DNA from: Gammaproteobacteria bacterium
Lineage (GTDB): Bacteria; Pseudomonadota; Gammaproteobacteria; Magnimaribacterales; D2472
NCBI GenBank assembly: GCA_965656035.1
Contig: CBFHIO010000002.1
Location: 1 to 45,994 of the forward strand
Direction of reading: 5' to 3'
Length of the DNA stretch: 45,994 nt
Positions 19,827 to 28,971 of the stretch are shown here, one piece after another. Below the pieces are notes generated by a model that was not told where the DNA came from, made no database searches, and worked only from the letters and a program-made list of their open reading frames with translations. Both the position numbers and the translations under genes were made by a program. Position 1 is the first letter of the stretch, and each line of letters opens with the position of its first letter.

Positions 19827-20354
19827 ATGAAAAAAATCTTATTAAGTGTTTTTTGTCTATTTGTTGGTCAAAATATTCATGCCTGTCCGGATCTTCTTAA
19901 TTCTGATATGAGAATACTAGATTCTGCAGATACACAAAATTTATGTGCGTATGAAGGCAAAACATTGTTAGTAGTTAACGTAGCTAGTAGATGTGGCTAT
20001 ACGTATCAATACTCTGGGCTTCAAAATTTATATGAAAAGTATAGAGATAGTAACTTTGTAGTTTTGGGCTTTCCATCAAGAGATTTCTTTCAAGAATATT
20101 CAAATGAAAGTGCCGTGGCTGAATTCTGTTCTACTGAATATGGAGTTGAATTTCCTATGTTCGCAACAGTAAAGGTAAGAGGGAATAAAGCTCACCCTTT
20201 TTACATTAAATTAAAAGAGGAATCAGGTGTTGAGCCAACATGGAATTTTAATAAGTATTTAATTTCAAAAGAGGGAAGGGTTGTTTCAACATTTAAATCT
20301 GCTGTGAAGCCAGATTCTTTAGAGTTAATTTCTGCAATCGAGGAAATACTTTAA
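19827..20354 (+). CDS. glutathione peroxidase family protein (Cys-type), secreted
   Basis: It has the NVASRCGYT and WNFNKYL motifs. I prefer the ATG at 19827 (MKKILLSVFCLFVGQNIHA signal peptide) over the ORF-track TTG at 19800. Confidence 0.9.
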   Translation: MKKILLSVFCLFVGQNIHACPDLLNSDMRILDSADTQNLCAYEGKTLLVVNVASRCGYTYQYSGLQNLYEKYRDSNFVVLGFPSRDFFQEYSNESAVAEFCSTEYGVEFPMFATVKVRGNKAHPFYIKLKEESGVEPTWNFNKYLISKEGRVVSTFKSAVKPDSLELISAIEEIL

Positions 20355-20356
20355 TA

Positions 20357-20995
20357 CTAATCAGATACCAAAACTTTCTTAGGTTTGTTAAGGGCGAATA
20401 TTCCGTTATCAACAACTCCAGGAATATTGTTTAATAAAGCTTCCATACTTTCTGGATTTGATATATCAAGACCTTTGATATCCAATATTTCATTACCTTG
20501 GTCGGTAATAAAACCGGTCCTATATATCGGTGCTCCCCCCATAGAGACAATTTTTCTTGCAACCAGGCTTCTGCTTTCAGGAAGAACCTCCAAAGGTAAG
20601 GGAAAAGCCCCAAGCTGAGACACTAGTTTTGTTTTATCAACAATACATATAAATTCATTGGAAGCAGATGCAACAATTTTTTCTCTTGTATGAGCGCCAC
20701 CACCTCCTTTTATTAGCTCATAATTTGGAGAAACTTCATCTGCACCATCTATGTAATAGGCAATATCTAAAACATCATTTAGATTAAAAACCTTAATACC
20801 TTTTTCACATAGTAAGCTCGATGATACTTCTGAGCTTGACACAGCGCCTGCAAAGAAATTTTTATAGGCACCAAGCTCTTCTATAAAAAAATTTACAGTA
20901 GAGCCAGTTCCAATACCTAAAATCATTTTAGGGTGAAGTGTATCTTTAATATAATTTATTGCTTGTTTAGCAACATTTATCTTTGAGCTACTCAT
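20357..20995 (-). CDS. rpiA: ribose-5-phosphate isomerase A
   Basis: It has the GIGTGST and DGADEV motifs. I prefer the ATG at 20995 (MSSSKINVAKQA...); the ORF-track start at 21022 adds 9 aa. Confidence 0.9.
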   Translation of the reverse strand: MSSSKINVAKQAINYIKDTLHPKMILGIGTGSTVNFFIEELGAYKNFFAGAVSSSEVSSSLLCEKGIKVFNLNDVLDIAYYIDGADEVSPNYELIKGGGGAHTREKIVASASNEFICIVDKTKLVSQLGAFPLPLEVLPESRSLVARKIVSMGGAPIYRTGFITDQGNEILDIKGLDISNPESMEALLNNIPGVVDNGIFALNKPKKVLVSD

Positions 20996-21034
20996 GTCTG
21001 TATAATACAAGAAAAATAACAATAGATAATTATC

Positions 21035-22579
21035 TTGAGATTAAAAATAAAAAAAACAGGTTCTTTTAAGAACTCTAAAAGATATTTAAAATTAATTGAA
21101 GATGCGTCTGTATATGATGTAGCAATAAACTCGCCAATAACATATGCACCCAATTTATCTTTAAAAGAAAAAAATAAGATCTTTCTGAAAAGAGAAGACT
21201 TGCAACCAATTTTTTCTTTTAAAAATAGAGGAGCTTACAACAAAATAATAAATTTATCTGATTCTGAAAAGAAAAGGGGTGTTATAGCTGCCTCGGCGGG
21301 AAATCATGCTCAGGGCGTTGCAAGTGCTTGTAAAAAACTAAAAATAAAGTGCATTATTGTAATGCCAATAACAACACCTGAGATAAAAGTTAAAGATGTA
21401 AAAAGGTTTGGTGCAAAAATAATACAGCACGGTGATGATGTAAATACAGCTTTACAAGAGGCAAAATCTTTATCAAAGAAAAAGAAATTAACTTTTGTCC
21501 ACCCTTTTGATGATCCTTATACTATTGCCGGTCAAGGAACAATTGGAAAAGAAATTCTTGAAGATAACAATCATTATGATGCTATATTTGTTCCAGTTGG
21601 GGGTGGAGGAATTTTAGCAGGCGTATCTTCATGGATTGCTCAACATAACAAAAAGATCAAGATAATTGGAGTTGAGGTAGAGGATTCAGCTTGTTTTACA
21701 GAAGCAATAAAAGCCAATAAAAGAGTTACGCTAAAAGAAGTTGGTTTATTTGCTGACGGTGTCGCAGTTTCTCAAGTTGGTAAAAATAATTTTGATGTTT
21801 TAAAAGAATGTGTCGACGAGGTTATAACAGTAACAGTAGATGAAGTTTGTGCTGCTGTAAAAGATATATTTGAAGACACCAGAGTGCTATCAGAACCAGC
21901 TGGAGCGCTTGCTTTAGCAGGACTAAAAGTTTATTCAAAAAAAATTAAAGGTAAAAAATTATTAGCCATAAGTAGTGGTGCTAATGTCAACTTCCAACGG
22001 CTGAACTTTATTGTTGAAAGATCTGAGTTGGGTGAGAATAGAGAAAAAATACTTAGTATAAAAATACCGGAACAGCCAGGAAGTTTTTTAAATCTTTCCA
22101 GAATATTTGGGACATCATTAATAACTGAGTTTAATTATAGAAAATCAGATTTAAATGACGCATATGTTCTTGTTGGTGTTAGAACTAAGACAGATAAGTC
22201 GTATCAGGTTTTAAAAAATAAATTAATAAAATCAAATTTTGTCTTTAAAGACCTAACAAAAAATGAGATTTCTAATGATCATTTAAGACATATGGTTGGA
22301 GGAAGAATAAATCAACAAAGTCAAAAAAATGAAAGAATTTTTAGAGGCGAGTTTCCTGAAAAGCCTGGAGCCCTTTTAACATTCCTAGAAAAATTTGGCA
22401 GCAACTGGAACATATCGCTATTTCATTATAGAAATCTTGGTTCTGCTTTTGGAAAAATATTAATTGGAATTGAGGATAATAATTCTAATAAGCTAAATCT
22501 TCTTAAACACTTAAATAAAACAGGAACCTTGTTTACAGAAGAAACTTCAAATAGAGCGTATAAAGATTTTTTAAAATAA
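21035..22579 (+). CDS. ilvA: threonine ammonia-lyase, biosynthetic
   Basis: 514 aa with the PLP-lysine motif SFKNRGAY and two C-terminal ACT-like regulatory repeats. The start is TTG, with no nearby in-frame ATG. Confidence 0.93.
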   Translation: MRLKIKKTGSFKNSKRYLKLIEDASVYDVAINSPITYAPNLSLKEKNKIFLKREDLQPIFSFKNRGAYNKIINLSDSEKKRGVIAASAGNHAQGVASACKKLKIKCIIVMPITTPEIKVKDVKRFGAKIIQHGDDVNTALQEAKSLSKKKKLTFVHPFDDPYTIAGQGTIGKEILEDNNHYDAIFVPVGGGGILAGVSSWIAQHNKKIKIIGVEVEDSACFTEAIKANKRVTLKEVGLFADGVAVSQVGKNNFDVLKECVDEVITVTVDEVCAAVKDIFEDTRVLSEPAGALALAGLKVYSKKIKGKKLLAISSGANVNFQRLNFIVERSELGENREKILSIKIPEQPGSFLNLSRIFGTSLITEFNYRKSDLNDAYVLVGVRTKTDKSYQVLKNKLIKSNFVFKDLTKNEISNDHLRHMVGGRINQQSQKNERIFRGEFPEKPGALLTFLEKFGSNWNISLFHYRNLGSAFGKILIGIEDNNSNKLNLLKHLNKTGTLFTEETSNRAYKDFLK

Positions 22580-24862
22580 TTAATACTTTAATCTAAATTT
22601 AATTGAGTAGACTTCATCAGACGGATTATCCCATGGTTTGTTGAAAATATCTGATTTAGAAAAGCTGTCATCCTCATCAAAGCTTTCACCACCTCTTGAA
22701 TATACTAGATAGAGATAAGATAAAGGAGCTAGCTCATATTTATATCTTATTTGAAATGATGCAACACCCTGGGTAAAGGGTTTTACAGAATCGTTTGATT
22801 CAAATAAATAACCTTTATTATTAGAAACCAAACTTTTAGGATTGCTTGCTTTAAAAGCTACAAATTGACTTTTCAATCTGATTTCATGCTTATTTCCCTT
22901 AAACCAATTTAAATCAATTGATACGGTGTCTTGTTCAGAGTCATATAGACCAAATTTATTATCATCAACCCAGACTAACCATTCATTCTCCTTGCGATTT
23001 CTATACTGCAAGTTAATCTTAATATTATCGTTTGGAAAAAATGAACCCGCTATTTTATAAAACTCTCTTTTATATCCATTAGAGCTAAATGTATTGTATT
23101 TGCTACCTTTTTCGAAGCTCATTCTCCAATCATAGGTCCAAAACTCACGGTTAATTGCTTCATAATCCAGAGTTACACTCTTTCTATCTCTATATTTTAT
23201 ATATGGAAAGTTAGAATTTTTTCTTGTTATTGTGGTGTTTTTTCCTGAGGTTTTAGCGGCAAATTCAAATTTCAGCTTTGAAGTATTCTTAAAGACGATT
23301 TCATTTTTTTGATCTATCTTTAATGGGTTAGAATTTCCTTTGGTGTCCGAGTCATAATTTAAATCAAACATAACATCCATTTGATTTATATATGACTCTT
23401 TTGCAAAGTTTATTAACTTTTTTCCGCCACCAAGGCCAAGATGTATCCAATCAGACCTGCTTAGATATCCAAAATCATTTAACTGAAACCCTTTATCAAA
23501 ATATAAAATACTGCCAGAAAAATATGAAAAATCTGATGGTTGATAATTAAATTGAGACCTGTAACCAAACTTAGAGCTATCATCCTTTTCAGAGAAAAGA
23601 ATATCGGTGAAGTATGTTAATTGTTCTGATTTTACAGATACATAATCTATTGCATTTACGGTTGATGTTGTTCCATTAAATTTATCCTCAACATGAGTTA
23701 GCATATATCCTAGAGTCTTATCCCCTAAATTACTTCGGGACCTGAGCGCATAGTAATTTCTTCCCAATGAAAAAGCCTCATCATCTTCTTGTGCTGCAAA
23801 GAAACCTAACTCATTGTTTCCACTTTTTTGTGTATATCTGAATGCATAATTAATATCCGAGTAGTTTTTTTTTGTATTTTCACACTCTTCATAATTCTCT
23901 GTTTTTTCACACTCATAACTGGGAGCCGAGCCAATTCTTCTAGTATTAATTACAGAATAACGATTATAATTACTGATATTAAATAAAGATTGATTTTCAG
24001 TAAAAAACGCTCTTCTTTCAGAATAAAAAGTTTCTCGAGCAGAAAAATTTATTACAACATCATCGCTTTCAGCTTGTCCAAAGTCTGGATTAAATGTTGC
24101 GTTAATTTGTTTGCCAGTTCCAGAGTTATAAAAAATTTCAGCACCTATGTTGTTATTTTTAAATTTTGTAATTGTATTTTGAGAGGATGATAAATATGGA
24201 AAGAAATTTAATTTCGATTTTGTATAGTTGTCAATTTCTAAAGAGTCTAATTTTTCAAAGTAATCAGGTCTACTTGCCATAGTTCCTGAGCTACTGACCC
24301 AGGTTTGATCAATAGATTTATATCGCAAAGCTGTATATTTTATGTTTCTCTTATCTCCAGACGGCTGGCTCATAAGGGCAACATTCCAAGGTATATAAAA
24401 CTCAGATACCCAATAATCATCATATTTCTTTGTTTTTGCTACCCAGTCTCCATCCCAATCAGTTTTGAAGCCTCCTTTTTTTAGCTTTATGGCATCCAAT
24501 AGAGAGTCTGCCAATGATACTGAAAAAATATAGGCTTTATTGCCATCTCCATCAAAGTCAATATTAATAGCATTCCTGTCACTTAATGAGCTTGACTCAT
24601 CCCTTAATGTTTTTTTTGATGACATGGATGAGTTGCTTTGATAATTTACAAAACCAACATATATACCATCTTCATTTGTAAAGATATAAGCGGTTGTTTT
24701 ATCTTTAGATTTTTCAAGATTATAAGGGGAGGTTTGGTAGAACTCTTTAATAGAAAAGGCTTTAGCCCATTCTGATTCATCTAAATTTCCATCTATAGTT
24801 ATAGTCTCACCATTTGCGTAGCAAGCTGAAAAAATTAAAAGAAAAAAAGTAAATTTGTGCAT
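22580..24862 (-). CDS. secreted CBM9-like / DUF5916-like large beta-barrel protein (putative outer membrane protein)
   Basis: About 760 aa with a signal peptide MHKFTFFLLIFSACYA and an N-terminal IDGNLDESEWAKA motif typical of carbohydrate-binding family 9. The rest is a long Tyr/Asn/Ser-rich alternating sequence ending in FRLKY (aromatic C-terminus). I prefer the start at 24862 over 24877. Confidence 0.6.
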   Translation of the reverse strand: MHKFTFFLLIFSACYANGETITIDGNLDESEWAKAFSIKEFYQTSPYNLEKSKDKTTAYIFTNEDGIYVGFVNYQSNSSMSSKKTLRDESSSLSDRNAINIDFDGDGNKAYIFSVSLADSLLDAIKLKKGGFKTDWDGDWVAKTKKYDDYWVSEFYIPWNVALMSQPSGDKRNIKYTALRYKSIDQTWVSSSGTMASRPDYFEKLDSLEIDNYTKSKLNFFPYLSSSQNTITKFKNNNIGAEIFYNSGTGKQINATFNPDFGQAESDDVVINFSARETFYSERRAFFTENQSLFNISNYNRYSVINTRRIGSAPSYECEKTENYEECENTKKNYSDINYAFRYTQKSGNNELGFFAAQEDDEAFSLGRNYYALRSRSNLGDKTLGYMLTHVEDKFNGTTSTVNAIDYVSVKSEQLTYFTDILFSEKDDSSKFGYRSQFNYQPSDFSYFSGSILYFDKGFQLNDFGYLSRSDWIHLGLGGGKKLINFAKESYINQMDVMFDLNYDSDTKGNSNPLKIDQKNEIVFKNTSKLKFEFAAKTSGKNTTITRKNSNFPYIKYRDRKSVTLDYEAINREFWTYDWRMSFEKGSKYNTFSSNGYKREFYKIAGSFFPNDNIKINLQYRNRKENEWLVWVDDNKFGLYDSEQDTVSIDLNWFKGNKHEIRLKSQFVAFKASNPKSLVSNNKGYLFESNDSVKPFTQGVASFQIRYKYELAPLSYLYLVYSRGGESFDEDDSFSKSDIFNKPWDNPSDEVYSIKFRLKY

Positions 24863-24910
24863 AAAATGAAGTAGCATTATATGCTAATCTACTTTAGGAA
24901 AATATATATA

Positions 24911-25480
24911 TTAACTATAAGAAATTATTTTTGTTTCAGTGAAGACCTTTTGATATTTTAGATCATGATGTTCAGCAAATGCCTCTGAAAGAATTTGATA
25001 ATCGTACCCAAGCCCTATAATAATTGGCTTTTTTTTGAAATTACTAAAACAAGATAAAGCCCTATCAAAATAGCCTCCACCGTATCCAATTCTATAACCA
25101 TTGATGTCCACTCCAACAAAAGGAATAAACATTAAATCAAATAAATTTGGCTCTAAATATTTTTTATTATCAATTTCGTAAATACCATATTTATTTTTAA
25201 CTAGAGTGTCATTAGTGGTGTATAAATTGAATTTCATCTTTTTTTTAGGAAAAATTTTTGGCATATAAATATTATGCGAGCGTTTAAGTAATTCTTTTCT
25301 TAAAAGATTTACATTTATCTCCTGTCTATAGGGAAAGTAAAGCAGTACATTTTTATCCTTAGACAGATCAAAGTTTTCTATTATATTTTTTTGAACTTTA
25401 ATATCTAATTGTTTTTTTGATTGATATGAGAGTGTGCGCCCCTGCTCAAGAAGTGATTTTCGAATTTTATTTTTCACCAT
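24911..25480 (-). CDS. 5-formyltetrahydrofolate cyclo-ligase
   Basis: It has the GYGGGYFDR motif and lies immediately downstream of the 6S RNA, as for ssrS-ygfA in E. coli. I prefer the ATG at 25480, because the ORF-track TTG at 25501 would overlap the 6S 3' end. Confidence 0.8.
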   Translation of the reverse strand: MVKNKIRKSLLEQGRTLSYQSKKQLDIKVQKNIIENFDLSKDKNVLLYFPYRQEINVNLLRKELLKRSHNIYMPKIFPKKKMKFNLYTTNDTLVKNKYGIYEIDNKKYLEPNLFDLMFIPFVGVDINGYRIGYGGGYFDRALSCFSNFKKKPIIIGLGYDYQILSEAFAEHHDLKYQKVFTETKIISYS

Positions 25481-25497
25481 AAATTGAGCCGAGGCTA

Positions 25498-25668
25498 ACA
25501 AACCAAATCACCGCCATGTGTTTTACCTGAACCGAAAGGTCAGGTGGTGAATTTCATATCAAATCAGGCTTCCCTGTATAGGTATTGCACAACATAGATA
25601 GTGGAATATCACCTATTTAATAGTATCGGTTCAAATTTAACAACACATTAGCGAATGAACCAGAATGT
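25498..25668 (-). ncRNA. ssrS: 6S RNA
   Basis: It lies in the zapA / MTHFS gap, matching enterobacterial and Pseudomonas synteny. The minus-strand 3' half reads GGGAAGCCUGAUUUGAUAUGAAAUUCACCACCUGACCUUUCGGUUCAGGUAAAACACAUGGCGGUGAUUUGGUUUGU. This parallels E. coli 6S segments recalled from memory (GAGAAGCCU, AUUCACC, the CUUGAACC..GGUUCAAGG hairpin, GGCGG). The 5' ACAUUCUGGUUCAUUCGCUAAUGUG pairs with the 3' end to form the long closing stem. Both ends are uncertain by about 5 nt. Confidence 0.75.
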
Positions 25669-25690
25669 ACAGAAAGTATAGGATATATAG

Positions 25691-25706
25691 GTCTTTTATA
25701 AAAGAC
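25691..25706. repeat. perfect 16-nt palindrome GTCTTTTATAAAAGAC abutting the zapA stop codon
   Basis: Read directly from the sequence. It lies between zapA and a TATACT -10-like hexamer (minus strand, 25680-25675) just upstream of the proposed 6S 5' end. Its function is unknown; it could be an operator, a processing site or a weak hairpin. Confidence 0.5.
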
Positions 25707-25972
25707 TATTTTTCTAAAGCTAGATTAATTTTATTTATCATTGATGATAGATCAATTTGATCATCGTTTCTTTTTTCACTCGGATTAGATATAAGCTTAT
25801 TAGCAAGACTAAGGCCGGCTATTATTAATGCGTTATTTTTATCACTTATAGTATCGAGTTCAGAATTTAATAGTTGAGCAGCTTTAATTAATTGATCTTT
25901 TTCCCCAGATGGGCATGCCAGAGTCAAATCTCTTCCAAAAATCCTTAGAGATAGTGTTTCCATTTCACTCAT
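25706..25972 (-). CDS. zapA: cell division protein ZapA
   Basis: 88 aa with the pattern L.IFGRDLTLACP.GEKD.L..AA..L, plus synteny with ssrS and MTHFS. Confidence 0.8.
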   Translation of the reverse strand: MSEMETLSLRIFGRDLTLACPSGEKDQLIKAAQLLNSELDTISDKNNALIIAGLSLANKLISNPSEKRNDDQIDLSSMINKINLALEK

Positions 25973-26162
25973 TATTATTTTTATAATTAAGTTTTTTTTC
26001 TAAAACAGCAATTTCTTTGCCAAGTAAAATTTTATTTTTTTTCCATTCTCTTTCTCTGAGAACATACGAATCAATAATTCCTTTTTGTTCATTGAAGCGC
26101 TTTATGAGAAGATCAATTTTATTTTCAAGATCTTGAATTAAAAAATTATTTTCATCTGACAT
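25965..26162 (-). CDS. small coiled-coil protein (TIGR02449-like, ZapA-associated)
   Basis: 65 aa with heptad-rich sequence. It overlaps the zapA start by 8 nt, and an equivalent small coiled-coil gene precedes zapA in Pseudomonas. Confidence 0.45.
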   Translation of the reverse strand: MSDENNFLIQDLENKIDLLIKRFNEQKGIIDSYVLREREWKKNKILLGKEIAVLEKKLNYKNNNE

Positions 26163-26226
26163 AACATTAGTTTAATTGTACATTCATCAATTGGAAAGTT
26201 TGTTTAATAAAAGAGTAAAATAAGAC

Positions 26227-27522
26227 ATGGACAATAAAATTTATAAATCACGAAGAGAGTCTTTAAAGACCATTCTTCCAAAAGATTGCGCATTGATAAT
26301 TCCTGGAGCAGAGCTTCAGTATAGGAACGCAGATTCGTCATATGCCTTAAGACAGGAAAGTAGTTTTTACTATTTTTCAGGATTTTGCGAGCCTTCGTCT
26401 CTTATGGTTATGGTGCATCTAGAAGATAATATCTCTTCTATAATTTTTGTACCGCCTAAAGATAAGTTAAGAGAAATTTGGGATGGCTATAGAGCGGGAC
26501 CCGTTGGAGCAGTTGATGACTATGGGTTTGATCAGGCTTTCGATAATACTAAGCTTAATGAGCTAATGCCCGAGTTGCTTCAAGGAATCAAAAAGGTTTT
26601 TTATCCCATTGGCAAAAAAAGCGGATTTGATCAGAATATTATAGATTGGACTTGTGCTGCTAGTTCAAAAGATAGACATTCTCAATCCATTGATATTGCT
26701 GACGGGTCTTCAATGATTGGAAATTTGAGGCTTGTAAAAGATAGTCATGAGATAGAGATCATGAAAAAAGCCTGTGAAATTTCTGCTGAATCCTTTATAG
26801 AAGTCATGAAGAATATTAAGCCCGGACAAAATGAACAATTAATCGAATCAAAATTTTTATATGAGTTTGGAAAAAGAGGAGGAAGGTTTCCTGCTTACAC
26901 TCCTATAGTTGCTGGAGGTGAAAATGCATGTGTTCTTCATTACATTGAGAACAATCAAGATCTAAATGAATCTGATTTGATACTGGTTGATGCTGGTTGT
27001 GAGTATAAGATGTATGCATCAGATATCACCAGAACTTTTCCCGTAGGAGGGAAATTCTCTGATGAACAATTGGCTATATATAATATCGTTCTTGAGGCAA
27101 ATAAAGCTGCAATCGATGCAGTTAAAACTGGCAATAATATTATGGAACCTCAAGTTATTTCTGAGCAAGTTATCACAAAAGGTTTGGTTGAGCTTGGTAT
27201 CTTAAAAGGCAATCCTGAGGAGCTTCATAAAGAAGGTTCATTTAAAGATTTTTATATGCATAAAATAGGACATTGGCTAGGCTTAGATGTTCATGATGTT
27301 GGAGATTATATGGAGAATGGAGAGTTTATGAAGTTTAAGCCCGGTATGATTACAACCATTGAACCTGGAATATATATAAGTAGCTCAATGAACGTAGATG
27401 ACAAATGGAAGGGCATTGGTATAAGGATTGAAGATGATATATTGGTCACTAATGACGGAAATATAAATTTAACTGAAAAAGTTCCATCATGCCCCAAAGA
27501 AATTGAATCATTGATGGCTTAA
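26227..27522 (+). CDS. pepP: Xaa-Pro aminopeptidase
   Basis: 431 aa with M24B metal-ligand motifs (DAGCEY, ASDITRT, HWLGLDVHD, EPGIY, IRIEDD). Confidence 0.9.
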   Translation: MDNKIYKSRRESLKTILPKDCALIIPGAELQYRNADSSYALRQESSFYYFSGFCEPSSLMVMVHLEDNISSIIFVPPKDKLREIWDGYRAGPVGAVDDYGFDQAFDNTKLNELMPELLQGIKKVFYPIGKKSGFDQNIIDWTCAASSKDRHSQSIDIADGSSMIGNLRLVKDSHEIEIMKKACEISAESFIEVMKNIKPGQNEQLIESKFLYEFGKRGGRFPAYTPIVAGGENACVLHYIENNQDLNESDLILVDAGCEYKMYASDITRTFPVGGKFSDEQLAIYNIVLEANKAAIDAVKTGNNIMEPQVISEQVITKGLVELGILKGNPEELHKEGSFKDFYMHKIGHWLGLDVHDVGDYMENGEFMKFKPGMITTIEPGIYISSSMNVDDKWKGIGIRIEDDILVTNDGNINLTEKVPSCPKEIESLMA

Positions 27523-27525
27523 AAT

Positions 27526-28689
27526 ATGAATGTTCCAATTATTATTTCTGGTGGTGGAATAATTGGTAACTATATTTCTTTAAGATTAAAGCGTCACAAT
27601 ATTGAATCATTAATTATTGAAAAAACTTCAGAAATCCTTGATTATTCCGAAGGCATTAGAACACTTACACTTAACAACCATTCGCTGTCCTTACTAAAAA
27701 AGGAAAAAATAGAGATTGAAAGCGCGCCTATAAATCAAATCAATGCTTTTGATGGAGAGGGAACTGGGAGAATAAAGTTTAAATCGGATGATATAGGTGA
27801 AAATTTCTTATCCCATGTTGTCATGTTTAATACATTAAAAAATAAACTTGCAAAAGCTTGCCATGAAAGAACAGTTTTTGATAATCAAATTGAGGCTATT
27901 CAAAGCCTTAATCAAAATGACACAAATGAGGTCTTATTATCTAATGGTAGCAGCATTGAGGCACAAATAGTTGCAGGATGTGATGGCAGGAACTCTAATG
28001 TGGCCAAGCTTTCTGGGCTATCCTATAAGTCTTCAGAATATAATCAGACAGCAATAACATTTATTTGCAAAGCAGATAAAAACTTTGAAAGAAAAATTGC
28101 TCATCAGGTATTTTCAGAGAAAGGAATTTTTGCACTAATGCCTATGCCTGATGGAAAAGTAAAAGACAACAGATGCACTATTGTTTGGTCGGTAAGTAAT
28201 AAAAACCTAGAGGCTTTATCAATAAATGATTTTGTGGAATCTAATTTATCTTTTTTTGAATCAAAGCTTGGAATAAAAATGAAAATAGATTCTGAATTGC
28301 TCCATTTTCAATTATCAAACCATCATTTTGAAAATTATATAAATAATTCCATAGTCTTAATAGGAGATGCTGCACATTCTATTCATCCTCTAGCGGGCCA
28401 GGGCATCAATATAGGTTTTGCTGATGCTGATATATTTTGTGAAGAGGTGGTAGATGCCTATAACAAAGGGGTGGCTATAAATGAGGCGGCTGTTTTAAAA
28501 AAATATGAGATTAGAAGAAAGGGTATGAATTTATTAATGTTAAGGTCCATGGATTTCTTTGTTTATTTTTTTAATGATAATAATTCCTATATTAGGTTGT
28601 TAAGAAATTGGGGACTTAAGACAGTTAATAAAACGAAGTTTATTAAAGCATTTTTTACAAGGCACGCTTCTGGCCTAAATAAGATTTAA
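27526..28689 (+). CDS. ubiH: FAD-dependent ubiquinone-biosynthesis hydroxylase (UbiH/UbiF/VisC/COQ6 family)
   Basis: 387 aa with an N-terminal GGGIIG dinucleotide fold and the GDAAHSIHPLAGQGINIG motif. Its position right after pepP matches ubiH in E. coli and Pseudomonas. Confidence 0.8.
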   Translation: MNVPIIISGGGIIGNYISLRLKRHNIESLIIEKTSEILDYSEGIRTLTLNNHSLSLLKKEKIEIESAPINQINAFDGEGTGRIKFKSDDIGENFLSHVVMFNTLKNKLAKACHERTVFDNQIEAIQSLNQNDTNEVLLSNGSSIEAQIVAGCDGRNSNVAKLSGLSYKSSEYNQTAITFICKADKNFERKIAHQVFSEKGIFALMPMPDGKVKDNRCTIVWSVSNKNLEALSINDFVESNLSFFESKLGIKMKIDSELLHFQLSNHHFENYINNSIVLIGDAAHSIHPLAGQGINIGFADADIFCEEVVDAYNKGVAINEAAVLKKYEIRRKGMNLLMLRSMDFFVYFFNDNNSYIRLLRNWGLKTVNKTKFIKAFFTRHASGLNKI

Positions 28690-28926
28690 TTATATCTTTT
28701 GGCCTTTAGCTCTGAGCTCTTCAAGAACAACGCTTATACCTTTTTTATCGATTATTCTCATACCTTTTGCAGACACTTTAAGATTTACAAATCTATTTTC
28801 AGATTCTACCCAGAATTTATGCGTATGTAGATTAGGAAAGAATTTCCTTTTTGTTCTATTTTTTGCATGAGAAACATTGTTCCCAGTCTGTGGTATCTTA
28901 CCTGTTACTTGACATATTTTACTCAT
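28690..28926 (-). CDS. rpmB: 50S ribosomal protein L28
   Basis: 78 aa, [10 protein letters not shown]...GNNVSHA.NRTKR.F.PNL. Confidence 0.95.
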   Translation of the reverse strand: MSKICQVTGKIPQTGNNVSHAKNRTKRKFFPNLHTHKFWVESENRFVNLKVSAKGMRIIDKKGISVVLEELRAKGQKI

Positions 28927-28971
28927 AGAATCGCGATTTTATAGAACACTGAGTAACATAGCAATACTATT

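Noticed and set aside
25481-25501. TTG start at 25501 for the MTHFS gene (ORF-track coordinates)
   Set aside because: It would overlap the 3' closing stem of the 6S RNA and adds 7 non-conserved residues. The ATG at 25480 is preferred.
25706-26162. Two small overlapping genes (88 aa and 65 aa) that superficially resemble a toxin-antitoxin pair
   Set aside because: The 88-aa protein has the ZapA pattern. The pair sits in the conserved zapA-ssrS-MTHFS / pepP-ubiH context, where a small coiled-coil gene normally precedes zapA.
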